DNA of 64,000 nt from Thalia democratica (taxonomy: Eukaryota): positions 72,726,001 through 72,790,000 of the forward strand of contig OZ241830.1 in the NCBI GenBank assembly GCA_965202585.1, given 5' to 3'. Position numbers and translations under genes: made by a program. A model generated the notes under the pieces. That model ran no database searches. It had not been told where the DNA came from and saw nothing but the letters and a program-made list of their open reading frames with translations. Within the stretch, counting starts at the first letter, position 1; each line of letters starts with the position of its first letter. Positions 10,701 through 24,800 of the stretch are shown one piece after another.

Positions 10701-13700
10701 AACAACACTTACAAACATATACGTCAGGCAGACTTGTTAAAATGCTAACAGTTACTATGGTAATTCAGCAATGAAGCCTATAAACTTTGGTTTGTTTTAA
10801 GTTAGTAATTTCACGCTCAAGTAAACAAAGCAGTGCTTTATAACATGTCTGACGTCAGGTGTAAGCAAGTTAAAATGCTGGTCTGGCATAACAACATAGT
10901 CATTTTGGCATGTCTGCTTGTAAGTAATCAGTTTTTATTAATTTCATTGCGAATAAAAACCAATTAAAAGTATTTGAACTTCTTGAAACCTTTAATTAGT
11001 TTTAACTTGTACCGGCTCAAAAACAAACTTAATTTCAGCATGAACTTTGTTTAACTTAAATTTGACCAAAATTTTTTTTTCGAGTAGTATCTACTGAAGA
11101 ACACTTGTCTGCAAACTATTTTTAGAAACAAAGTGATGAAATAAAAAACGTGGATAAAATTTTGTAGGGTGGTTAAACAAAGTTCAAAACAAAATTTGCG
11201 TTAAGAACACACTAGATATATTGAGAAAATCTTCCTTAAGTTTAAGTTTATACTTGGTGTCAAAAATCAGAGTAATTAACTTAATATTTATCAGTTACTA
11301 CATTTCAAACAATTTTGATACATGCAAAAAAAACAAATTGCATGCTTAAATCTATACTTCAACATTCTTTAAACAATTGAAAAATAGAACTGGCAAATTT
11401 TTACTACTGCAGGTTGAAAGAAAAACATTACATATTTCAAACTATATATCTTTAATTTATTTTCTTTTCTTATACATTTAGAATCAAAAAGAAATTGTAA
11501 TATCAATTTTAACATGAAATCTTAAAACCATTTTTTACTTAAAATAATAAATAAAAATTGTAAGTCTTTTACTATCTTTACATATAATATTTACTGAAAT
11601 AGAATTAAAAAATTGCTAAAAACCTCTTACAATAAACTAAAACAGGAGTACAAACAAATTAATATACATTTCATATTTAAAACAAATTCAAATTATCTTT
11701 TTTGTGTAATTGTAACATTATTAAAACATAATATTTTATTTTAGTTGTGTTGAGCTGAGTAAGAATAATTACAAAACATTTTGTTATTTTCATAACTTAT
11801 ATCTTCACTTTTACAGCTACTAAATAAACAAGAAAAACTAAACTAGTATTTTTTTAATTGCAAGAAAACTTACAAACGCTAAACAAGCATAAAAAAGTAT
11901 TACTTAAAAAAAAGTTAAATATAAATAAAACAACATTGTATTTAAAGGTAACTTTATAATAAACGTTTTTCACCAAAGCTTTGTCACAAACAAATGAGGT
12001 AATTTTGTACGTTTCTATAGTTAGCTGCATATTTGTGTTCTTAAGTTAATATAGTTTTATCTTGTGCACCAAACCTGCATTTTACGTAATATTTTTTTAA
12101 TACTTTGTAATTGTATTCTGTTGTACCAACAGAGAGAAAAAGTTTAAAATCAAACAAAATATTGTGAACAACATAATCACATAAGTTGTATATGTATGTA
12201 TTATTTTCAGTACTAAACCTTCAGTTTACATTGGTGTAATCTTTAGTTTATGTGTTCTAATAAGTCAACTCAAGAGAGGGACAAAGTTTCAAATCAAATA
12301 AGCCAGATTTGACAATATAACCAACACTAAAGACAAAAAAACTCATACAACTTGAAAACTTACACAACATCTTCTGTACCAAACTTTTAGTTTACCTTTT
12401 GTTCTTGTCCAAATGTTTGTGCACAAAGTAGAGTCAAAAAATCCAGATTATTATGAGAACATTATGTTATCAATAATGGTTTAGTTTGTTTTAAACTTTG
12501 AAACTCTTGTAAGACAAGTTATGAGAATATAAGTACAAAGTATTAAAAGAATATAATGTAAACTGCAGGTTTTGAGCACAAGTAAATAGATAATTATAGG
12601 ATTTATACTGGTTTTTCTTTTTTGGGTGTCAACTATGATCAATAACAGTTTATGTTATTTGAAACTTTGTCACCCTGTTGAGAGGACTCATGAAAATACA
12701 AAGTATTAAAACATATTATGTAAAATCCAGGTTTAGTGTACAAGGTAAAACTATATGAATATGAACATAAGAACACAAACATGCAGCTAACTATAGTTTG
12801 ATTTTCAAGCCGGCTTACTCCAAAAAAAAATTGAAACAAAACTTCTCTGTTAGAAGGAGTTGATATAAAAAAAAATGTTTTTTATCAAAATTTATCACAA
12901 AGATGTCACTTTTTGATTCGTAAAAACAATTCTGAGTGACCAAAATCTTCAACTGTCCTGATTAGTGATGTATTGGATCAAAGTATCTGGATCCAGAAGC
13001 ATAATTTCTTATGAATTCAGTTTTGGCCGGATCCTAATTTGAAAAACTACCTGGATCTAGTTAGATATTGATTTGAAAAAACATCTGAATCCATTTTGGA
13101 AAATAGTATTTGGATTTAATTGAGTTCTAATTTTGAAATATCCGGATTTGATAGATTGCTGAATTTACTTTACCTGTTTTAGTTCTTTACAGTGGTCTGC
13201 ATAGCTTGGTTGAAAAAAATACATATTTGAGGGGAGGTTTGAGTGACCAAAATGCCTTGACTCATCTTAAGTTTTTTAAAATTGAATTCTTCATCAAAGT
13301 TGGTTATTAAATTACAAAATACTGAAACTAAATCTCAATAAGTTATTTAAAATCATTAGAATCCTATCCAAATTTATATTTGTAATACAAGTTTATTAAA
13401 GAAAAATCCAATGTTTTTATCATATTTTATAACTTTTACTGAGGATATCAAGGTTATAATTTCATTGCTATTAAGAAAAATCCAGGGAAGTGGGAACCCT
13501 ATTTATTATTTGTAGTGCTATATTTAGTAATTAATTTAAAAAAAAGTATTTTCTTCTTAGTTCACAGCCTTTTTGGGAAATTTTAAGAAACACTAAGAAA
13601 TTTTAAAAGTAGTAGTAAAAAAAAAATTAAAATGCTTTTATATGATATTGGCCGACATTTTTAAGATTTAAGTCTTGATATAAAAGACAAAATGCATGAA

Positions 13701-15380
13701 AGTGTATGGGAAATTTATAAGCCTACAACTGCTATGCAATTTTCAAAAAATCACATCAATTAAAAACCAACAAATAATTAATACAATAACTTTGTAAGAT
13801 TAAACATGTTTAAAAAATAAAAAGTTTGTTTCATTACCTTAAATTTATTATTCAAAATCAAATATAGGTTTTAAATGTTAAAATTTATTAGAGCTAGAAA
13901 ATTTACTAATAAGTGTAAAAAAAAAAGTTTTTTTAGGAAAACTACAAAATTGACAAAAAGTAATAGTACAGCTTAGGTTAACAGAAAATAACTAACTACT
14001 GAAAACTTAATTACCTTCATCTCAGTTCATTTTGTTTCTCTAAGTTTATCAAAACTTTAAATTAGCCAGAGTTTTTAACTAACTACAAACTAACCTACCT
14101 ATCAGTAAGACAACCTGTATGTAAAATTTTAAGTATCACAATAACCTCTTTGTTTTTCAAGACAATTGAGTTTTTGGATTTTTTATAGTTTTAATTGAAG
14201 CTATGTGCAAAGTTAAGTTTTTAAAGTTTTTCTGGGGTTTATGTGGTAATGTCAGAATTGAAATGGAACTGAAATATCCTAATACCTGCTCTAAATTGCT
14301 TGTTTTAGGTAGGATTTTTTTTAAATGCTTAATTTCTTTGTTAATTGGTAATTTAAGGGATCGAAAATTTGTCACATGTAGATATGAAACATTCAATTTT
14401 AAAATTATATTATCAATTGAAATACTAAAACATATTTCAATTTAAAATTTAGTTTTTTTTATTTTATCTTTATGTTCACCTGCAAGAATTTAAAATTTTT
14501 CCATTACAATCCTATGCTAGCTAGCCACCCTGAAAACTATCAAACTTTTAGTTTAATCTTTAAAATTTAGTAATATTTAAGCATTATAAAATAACTTTAT
14601 GTAGTTAAGTTATAATGGAGCAAGGGTTTAGATTCTAAACATTTTTAATCAGTCTATGGATAGGAATTTACATGTTGAAATTGTAATGGACGATAAGATT
14701 AGTTTTTCTATTCCATAACAGGATGAAACACAAAAAAGTAAATTACATTTTATTGTACAGTATTTATTGGTCTGAAAAGAAACTCATTTGATTTTAATTT
14801 AACTGTAATTAAGTCACATAACTTTCTAGAACAAAAGAACTAATTCTATACATTGGGCATTACCCTAAAATAAATTGTGTTTCACCATAAATTTTTTAAT
14901 AAAACATAAAAAATTAGTAAAACTTAAAATGGTAGAAATAAGAATTAAAGTTTTTTATCTTTTTAACATTACTCGACAAAAGACTTAACACTTAAAGCTT
15001 CAATTCGAAAAACTACAACTAGAAAAAAAAATTAATTAAAAATTTCCTTTATTTCGGAAATTATTTCAATCACATTGCGCTATTTTAGTATGTATTGAAC
15101 TATTAAAAAGTTGTTATGATGCAAAACACAAATAATGAATTTGACTACTACATAATAAATTAAACCTTAGCTATAGAAAAAACTTTTTTCTTGATATTTT
15201 ATTCAGTTATAGAATTAAAAAAATTTTTTTTGATAAACTATACTGTTTGTTGAACGACAAATAAGCGCTCGAAATATTTGGTCCGATGACCTGGTGCACG
15301 AAAAAAGCTTTCAGTTATCTAGTCAAACACCGCTTGGATACCTTTTAATGTCTTGTTGTCCACGACAAATTTAATTAGAA
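7770..15380. repeat. Copy A of a diverged ~7.5-kb non-coding block, collinear with 33160-40990
   Basis: Collinear anchors: 7772 ttacgcaatagt~33164 ttacgcagtagt; 7982 aaacatatctagctgctat~33364 (same motif); 8250-8360~33655-33760; 10120 aattagaatgtgaa~34950 aatttgaatgtgaa; 10580 gagaaaatagcaactgaactcccataacttt~34530; 13310 acaaaatactgaaactaaa~38563; 13477 cagggaagtgggaacc~39610; 14850-14980~40230-40370; 15290 gacctggtgcacgaaaaaagctttcagttatc~40890. Confidence 0.7.
9372..9494. repeat. Short tandem duplication (~54-bp core, period ~69)
   Basis: aaaaatagcacaagttagctcagtaattcataaaaaaataactattcaacagca occurs twice. Confidence 0.9.
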
Positions 15381-18300
15381 TATTCAAAAAACACCAACAA
15401 AATATAAACCAATTATAAAAATATTACAAAACGACTACTTCAATTAATTTTATTTCTTATTTATTTTAGAGATTCAAAAAATAAAAATTCAACCTACCAC
15501 GCAACAGCTGTAAATAAACATCAAGTTTAAAATATGTTGCTATTCTGTCTAATTTTATGTCTATGATACGAGCTATGAAAACTATTTAAATAATTTATTA
15601 ACCATTTGGTATAATAGTTTTTATTATACAAGCCTTATACTTTTTTACTAGTTAATTTTTTTTACTTGTTTTTAGTGTTTAAATGTAGTTTGTAAACTTT
15701 AGCTAAGCTTTAATGTCTTAATAAATGTTAAGTTCGATTTTAAAAGAGTTAGAATTTAAAATTTTGGATAAAATTGATAAGGGGAAGTGCTATAGATGTT
15801 ACATATATTCTGTTGTATTATTTCTTAACCTCATTTACATGATACGATGACAGGAAAAAATCTAAACTGTCACTATTTTTGCTCGTACTTATACATTCTT
15901 ATGAGTTTGTTTATTTCTGAATATTATTAAGGGTAGTTTTAAAATCCTACAACTTAATTGCATATTTGCTAAATCAACAAAAATAATATACATTTTATTT
16001 ATTATACCCTTATTCCTGACCCACTTAACCTAAACATATAACAAATAAATCTAAAAAATAATTAACATTTAAGATTAAATCTAATATAAATAAAAAACTT
16101 TTTTTTTCTGACTCGGCAAATGTGCAAATGATTTGCTAGTTTTCAAGCTTCCCTTAATCAACTAGTAGCTACCTGCGTTGCAAACTTGGGAAGTCCCCTT
16201 AGATGTAATGCAAAGCAAACATTAAAATTTGTTCAATATTATCACCTTAATTGACTTTGACCCAAAAAATTTATGACCTGTAATAGCATTTATTGTTGCA
16301 TACTTGCATAAAATAACTGAGTAGGTATGCTTGTAAGTTTTTGAAACAATATATGCTTTTTTGCTAAATTGAATATATTTGTTTCAATTAAACTTGCTTG
16401 AGGATTTGAGTTTAAGGATTTACCTTAACTTTATGGTTTTTAATGTCAAGATTTTAATTAACCTTACAAGAGTTTTCTAGATAACAAGCCACTGAGATGT
16501 TTTGTGTTTTCAAATGATATTTTTCTTTGCTTTGTTTATTTGTAAGTAAGTCAAAGTTTATCTTTAACGTGAGGTAAAATTAAACATGATGAAACTTGTT
16601 TGCATAACTCTCACATAAGGTTTATTGTTTAGTAATAAAAGAGTTAGTGATGATGTTTTCTTAGTTTTAATTTAAAAAAATTTATACTTTTTTTGTTAAG
16701 AAAAACCTGGCATTTGAAAGTTTAAAAAATATAAAAAAGTCTTGAATTTTGAACAACTTTGCTTAAAAATAATATAATTTATGATAGATGAAAAATAACA
16801 TTGCACACAAGATTTAAAATGAAAAAAAAAAAACTGAGTTGTGTAACTAAGTAACCTATTTAAAGTTTAATAGTAAAATTCTAGAATTTATCATATATGT
16901 TTAGAAAATCAACAATACAAATCTTGATTAAAAAAAACAAAACTTATAGTGCTAAGTCTACTGCAAATTGTGCTAAGATATTTGTTTAAGTTAATAATTT
17001 TAAAGACATCACCCTAATTTAGCTTAATGAACTATGTATTTACCTTTAGAAAAAGAAAAAAATAGTTATGCTTATACTTTTTTTTTGTTTCAATGAATTT
17101 TTTCTTTACAAACTAAAACAAAATATGTTTATTTAAAAATGTGCACTGGTTTAAAGACAATTTTGAAAAATAAAAGTTGTTTTGAGGTTTTAATTACAAT
17201 CAACTCTTGCAAATCTACACACTTATTTGGTTACACACTTTAGAACTCTCAAAAAAGTTTAAAAAATCTTTAATATTAACATTTTTCTGTGTATAGAGTT
17301 AGAAATAAATTTAAATTTTTATATATCATTTTAAATGCTAATATAAGAGAAGAAGGATTGTTGATAAAATTGATATTTTTGCATATTTAGTTTGTGCCTT
17401 TAATAAAAACCTTCTGAACTCTATGGCTTTGCTCTTTATTTTTTAGATATCTTTTTCCCCCTTTATAACTTTTAATCAAACAAAGTAAAACTTTTAATTT
17501 ACTGAAAATATTTATGGCATAGAGTTTCATTTCTACTCAATAAATCTCTTATTTTTAGCTAATTTGTTCCTTGCCCAGCTAAAAACAGACTTTTTTTGCA
17601 TGGTGTTAGGGAAAGATCTTTTTCACTAATACTATGTAATACAAGCTTAATCTTAGGTGGGCAAGGAAACAGTAAAAAAAAAACATTTTGTATACACATT
17701 AGAAATTTTTATTAAAATACTTTTCACTTTTATATATAATTTGAATTAAAAATGTTTTTATAAACAAAAAAGTGGAAAAGCCCACAAACTGTATTTAATC
17801 AAGTCCATTATAAGAAAACAGCCCAGCCAATGTAGTAGGTATATTACATACCTCTTGTTTAGTTATTTCTCTCATTTATTTACGCTTTTTTGCTTTGGAC
17901 ACAATATGCGTAGACTTGCAAGAGGTGACTGTAATTTAAGCTAGTTTGTAGTCACTCACTGTACTAAGATACTTGAAAAAAACATGGAATAAAGTTTCAA
18001 AAAAAAAACAATGGCTACTCGGAGTTGTATGTACTTTATTACTTTATTTAAAGTGAACTGATGCTCTTTTTTTTACATTTCTCTTAATTCAACACTTTTG
18101 GTAAATAAAAGTTTATGCATTGCTGCTAGCTTTGCTAAAATATTTATAAAAAAACTGTTTTTTTCACAGCTTAATGTAACAAAAAGTGTGAAAATGTATT
18201 TACGTTTCAGCTCTTAGTGATTTAAAAATAAAGTGTAAGTACTTGAAGGCCAAAAGCAGTTGTCTTCTGCATTTAAAATTAGTTGTTCACAGTAGATAAA

Positions 18301-18811
18301 TTAATTTAAACTCAAAAGGTTTAAGTGTCTCGGTAGTTGCATGACAAAAAAACCTTTTTTAATGATGCTGTAAAATGAAGCAAGACTCTGATTTTGCATA
18401 AATGTTAAATATTTTAACTTAAAATATATTTTTGTGCATACTAAAATATATTAAATGCACATAATTTTAAAATATTTATTTTTTCTTTTGAAACAAATTC
18501 AAGCTCGCTAAAGTCAGTTTTTTTTTTCCTCAAAGAAAGGCAAACCTGATGTAAATACTTTGACCTAGAAGTTTAAAAATATTTAAATAAAAAAAGAGAA
18601 ACACGTCAGTTAGTAATTATACTAATATCATTAGCCATAAAGTTTTTTTCATAAACTCAGAGTTTTTAATAAAAATTGCAAAACCTTTGAACTTAATAAA
18701 GTTTGATAATTGATTAAATAGAACTGTAAATTATTAAACAAAAACTATTTGTGTTAGTTTGAAATATACGACTCATTTATACAGACTTAAGTATTTAGTA
18801 GAAATATAGCA

Positions 18812-21800
18812 ATGGCACTGTCTTCAAAATTTGTTTCATCTGGCAGTTTGTTAAGAAACTTCTGCAAAGCAACATGCGGTTCCAGATTCATGTCAAATGG
18901 TAAGTTGACTTGATAAGTTTTGAAACAAATATTTTGTTGGGTTGTGTTGTAAGCATTTTTAATACTTAGAAAAAATTTGTAACTAGTTTTGTATTTAAAA
19001 ACTATAAAATATTTTTTGTATAAAAATATTTTAGTGTTTGCAGATTTTAATTGGTCACACACTTTTAAATTGTTTGTACGAATCCAAACTTGTAAGCTTT
19101 AAATCAATATTTATTTTTTTAATGATTAGCTTTATATGTATTTTTTTAATTTCAGTGTCAAAAATAGTTGTGCACTGCTAAAATATTTAGTGTTCTTTTA
19201 CAAAAGTTGTATAATTTTAGTCTAAGCAATAAAAAAGAAAAATGTTGAAGTTGCTGACACATACGAGAACATCATAGTTGATAATCAATAGAATAATTAA
19301 AAATAAATATATATAAATTATTCTAACATACATGAGAACATTATTGTGAATTTGTACATACATCAATAAATACTATATGAGCAAGAAAAATGTTACAAAC
19401 AATATCTAAAATTGCTGACACATACAAGAACATCATAGTTGGTAATCAATAGAACAATTAAAAATAAATATATATAAATTATTCTAACATACATGAGAAC
19501 ATTATTGTGAATTTGTACATACATCAATAAATACTGTTTGAGCAAGAAAAATGTTGAAAACAATATCAAAAATTGCTGACACATACAAGAACATCATAGT
19601 TGATAATCAATAGAACAATTAAAAATAAATAAATATAAATTATTCTAACATACATGAGAACATTATTGTGAATTTGTACATACATCAATAAATACTATTT
19701 GAGCAAGAAAAATGTTACAAACAATATCAAAAATTGCTGACACATACGAGAACATCATAGTTGGTAATCAATAGAACAATTGAAAATAAATATATATAAT
19801 TTATTCTAACATACATGAGAACATTATTGTGAATTTGTACATACATCAATAAATACTATTTGAGCAAGAAAAATGTTACAAACAAGATCAAAAATTGCTG
19901 ACACATACGAGAACACCATAGTTGATAATCAATAGAACAATTAAAAATAAATATGTATAAATTATTCTAACATACATGAGAACATTATTGTGAATTTGTA
20001 CACACATCAATAAATACTATTTGAGCAAGAAAAATGTTGACAACAGTATCAAAAATTGCTGACACATACGAGAACATCATAGTTGATAATCAATAGAACA
20101 TTTAATAATAAATATATATAAATTATTCTAACATACATGAGATCATTATTGTGAATTTGTACATACATCAATAAATACTATTTCAGCAAGAAAAAAAATG
20201 TTGAAAATAATATCAAAAATTGCAGACACGTACGAGAACATCATAGTTGATAATCAATAGAACAATTAAAAATAAATATGTATAAATTATTCTACCATAC
20301 ATGAGAACATTATTGTGAATTTGTACATACATCAATAAATACTGTTTAAGCAAGAAAAATGTTGAAAACAATATCAAAAATTGCTGACACATACAAGAAC
20401 ATCATAGTTGATAATCAATAGAACAATTAAAAATAAATATGTATAAATTATTCTAACATACATGAGAACATTATTGTGAATTTGTACATACATTAATAAA
20501 TACTATTTGAGCAAGAAAAATGTTGAAAACAATATCAAAAATTGCAGACACGTACGAGAACATCATAGTAGAGAAGAAGGGTGCCAACGGTTCAGTTGGA
20601 TTGATCCAGTTGAACCGTCCCAAGGCGCTCAATGCATTGTGTGATGCTCTCATGAGTGACGTCAACAGCGCTCTTGCCAAGTTTGCTGATGATAAGGACG
20701 TCGGTTGCATTGTTCTCACCGGATCACAAAAAGCTTTCGCAGGTTTGTGAAAGTTTGATGTTCAAAAAGTACTAACAAACTGTCAAGTGCTTTAAAATGC
20801 TATATGCAGTGCTTTAAAAGTTCTTAAACATGAAAAATAAACTTAATTTTATAGTTTTTAGTATGATTTAACAAAAATTTAGTTCAATTTTTTTTTACTT
20901 AAAAATAAATTTATATAACAGTAATATAAAAAGCATGCTAATTATATTTAAAATACATGAAAGTTTCATTGTTCTAATTGGTTCACAAAAAGCTTTTGCA
21001 GATATTTTATACTGAAAGTTGTCAATTGATTTTTAAATTTAAACTTTTTTAAATATATAAATACAGCAAGCTCTCACATAAAGTTTTGTTTAGTTGTTAA
21101 ATTGTCTATTGCTAGATATATATAACAACAGTAATTTGTAGTTTGCTTCTATTCGCTTTTTGATAAATGTAAAATGGTTGCCAAACAATCAGGACACTCT
21201 TTATAACTCAGGATATTTTGAAATTTATGAAAATATCAGGATGACATTTGATAACTCAGTATAAATCAGGATACTATAATTTTTTATTGCAACTTAGGCT
21301 GACTTAGGATGTTTTGTTTTTTTTAATGAAAAACTAAGAATTTTTTTAAAACTAAAAAGTTCTCAAGACACATTGACACTAAATCTAGAGTGAGATTTAT
21401 TTGATCTAGTTACAGCATTATGTCATTTAAATAATTAATTTTTTACAAGTGCTTGACCTTTATTAATTTTAAATTTTTTTATTGATTTAACTTTTTTTAG
21501 CCTTGCGGGTAGCTGTCTACTACTATTACAAATAAAATTTTAGTTTTTGTTTTAAATATGAAATTAATATTCATTATGATTTGAATTTATGTTAAACAGA
21601 AACAGTTAGAGACATATAAAGTTTTACTACTTTTTATATAGTTTTAATAAACTTTTTTACTATAGTTGCTTTTAAAGTATTATAAAATTATATTGTTTTA
21701 TATGTCCTTAGTTTATAGATAAAGTTATTTGCTGTAACTTATAAATACTTGTTTTAAACAAGCAAAGCTAAAAATAAGTTTCGACTAGTACACTAAATTT

Positions 21801-24800
21801 TAATTATTTTATTTAAAATAACTGACATGATTACATATTATCAACATTATTTTTTAAAATTTCAAATGAATAAAATGTTTAACAAATTTTTGATGGTCAT
21901 AGATGTTTTTAATTCAAGTTTAAATTAAAAAATGTGTTTTTAATTCGAAATTTAATCTTCATTGTTAATATAAGTTTAATAGTTAGTTTTAAACTTGAGC
22001 ATTTTTTAAATAAAAACATTGAGTCCAATTATTTTACAAATACAAGTGTCTGGAAAACTTAAAAAAAAAACTACAGCTTGATTGGAACTAATTATTTGCT
22101 TCAGCAAAACAAAGTTTACAACAAAATGTGCTTACAAACGAAAAAAGCTTTGTTTTTTGTCATAACTTGTTTTTTTTATTACAGGCATTAATCAGTAACA
22201 GAACCAAATGTGAAACAAACTTAATCAATTAACTTATAAAGTCATTTTTATCAGAAAAATAACAAAGTTTGTAGTATTACTCTTCTTTGTTTATACCTGA
22301 GATAATTTAGATATAAAATGTGTAACCAAATAAGGTTTGAAATAACATTTCATAGCTAAAAATCAAATTTATCATTAACAGCCGGAGCAGACATCAAAGA
22401 AATGAAGGACAAGACGTTGGTGGATTGCGTTTCAGGAAACTTCCTGGAACATTGGAGCCAGGTGGCTGAAAACAGGAAGCCAATCATCGCTGCTGTTAAC
22501 GGATACGCCGTTAGTAGTAGAATAAAATAAACATGATTACTTATACTATTTTATTATATTGTTTATTAACCATTGCTACTATTAGTGGTACACTATGAAG
22601 TATAAAGGATAATTTTAATAAGTTAATTTTTGATATGTTATTTATATATAAGTTAAATTGTTTTAACATGTACAAACCCCTTTAATCAGTTTTAAACATT
22701 ATTTCACTCAATTAGCAATTAATCTTAACTGTATCCTCAGTAGTGATCTACCAGATCCTAATCCAAATTCATTTTATAAGTCAAGATCCGGCCGAAATCG
22801 GATATTTTTTATTAAAAAAAATCCAGCCGATTCCTAATTCGACCAAAAAAATTTGAAATCCAACCCGATCTTGTTTTTGGATCCGGTAGATCACTAACCC
22901 CAGTTATAATCAATGATTTCTGCTGTCAACGGATGTTTTGTAAGTGGTATATTATGAACACTACTTAACTTGATTTTTTTGTAATATACCTTGTTATTGC
23001 AAATTAAACCAACTATTTTTTTATTTCTTAACTTTATTTTATGAGCAATGCTTTCAAAATTAAGGTAATTCTTTTATCAAAATAATCTCAATACTCATAA
23101 ACTGATCAGTATAAGCACAAATAAGAGTAAACTTACAATTAACACTTTTGTTATTAAAATCCTAGTTTACTTGAGTTGGTGCTGCTGTTAAGGGATACGC
23201 TGATAGTGGTGTTGTTTATAAGATATTAGTTTAACTTAATTGTTTTTTGCTACTTATAACAACTTTAAAAAATAGTTGCCACTTGATAAAGAAAGTTTTT
23301 CATTTTGCCATTTTGCAAAAAAAAAAAGCTATTTTCTTATTCCTGACTACGATGCAGTACATTAGGTATACTATATGGTTTCAACTTTTTTAGAAAAATG
23401 TAAAGAAATGTATGTTAAAATTTATGATTGGGAAAACAAGGGGTTACCATGTTAATTTCTCATGTACTATTAAATCTTTGTTTTGAACACACATACTGAA
23501 AAGGTATACTCACAATTCCCAACTAGATAAATTCCCACCCGCGCACAACTCACACCTGATTTTTTTTTGTTCTTACTATCACTGTTACCCCTAACCCTTA
23601 CCCTTGGTCGGATCTGGTGGGGATTGTTTGCGGTTGAGAACTGATCGTGGGTTGGAACTGAGCGGTTCCCACTTGAAAAGTGTATGAAACTTATTTTGAT
23701 ATTTTTTTAAGTACTTTAAAATTACTTCTGATAGCTGCCAAGAATTAAACCTTATCATGAACCAATGGCGAGATGAAAGCATAAAAAAGTAGTTGTTGTG
23801 GTTTTTTTATGATAAGCTACTGGGCTCATAACCACTACCACTTTGGTGATTTATTCTGCATCACATTTAGTATTCTAATAATCTTTTAAATAACTAACTT
23901 ATATATTATTTTAAAAAATATAACATCCAACTTAAATTTTAGTAAAATGCTAGATAAAAATAAAATTAGATCCCAGCTTAAGAAAACTAGTTGTTTATTT
24001 TTATTTTAATTATTTTAGTAAAGTTTTTAATTTATTTAGTCTAGTGTGAACATTTTATAACGATTTTTTTGCTTGTGTAGGATACTTGAATTATAACATG
24101 ATTTTTAAATTACATTAACAGTTAAGGGGAGGTTGTGAACTAGCTATAATACTTTAGAAGATATTTTATTTACCTTGTGATATCGTTTCATTTACGGCTA
24201 ATTTTGATAAGCTTTATAGGAAGGAAGAAATAAAACTAAACCTAGGAAATTGCTGATCATTTTAATTAATTTTTATTTGTTTTAATAAATAAACAGTTAA
24301 GGGGAGGTTGTGAGCTAGCCATCATGTGTGATATCATATACTGAACATATCATTAAGATACTTATATTATTTATTTAAAATTTTGTTTTAATTAACAGTT
24401 AGGGGGAGGTTGTGAGCTCGCCATGATGTGTGACATCATTTATGCAGGAGACGGTGCAAAATTCGGTCAACCTGAAATATTGCTTGGAACCATACCTGGT
24501 ATGTTTTAATTATTGTTATATCAAGACAAAATTTGAAATAGTTCAGTTTAAATTTAACTTAATTGTTTAACACATGGTATGTGTTATTTTGATTAAGTTT
24601 GAATGTATTCTGTTGAATGGTTTATAAATGAAAACTGTGTGATTTTTACAGTAATTCTGAAAAAAGTTATAAAATTTTTCTATTATTTTTCTTAAGCAGT
24701 TTTTACTGATTAATATAAAGCTTAAAATAGTATTTTTACAGCAATACTTACAAAATTAATTAAAGTAGTGTCTGTTTTAGTTCTCCAGATTTCTAGTTTT

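Noticed and set aside
18787-19062. 91-aa minus-strand ORF
   Set aside because: Overlaps ECHS1 exon 1 antisense; the rest is AT-rich intron.
19245-20570. Possible CRISPR-like array
   Set aside because: Whole units repeat head to tail with no unique spacers; eukaryotic intron; derived from an exon junction.
20471-20750. 76-aa + and 82-aa - ORFs as stand-alone genes
   Set aside because: The + ORF is ECHS1 exon 2 read through its flanks; the - ORF is its antisense shadow.
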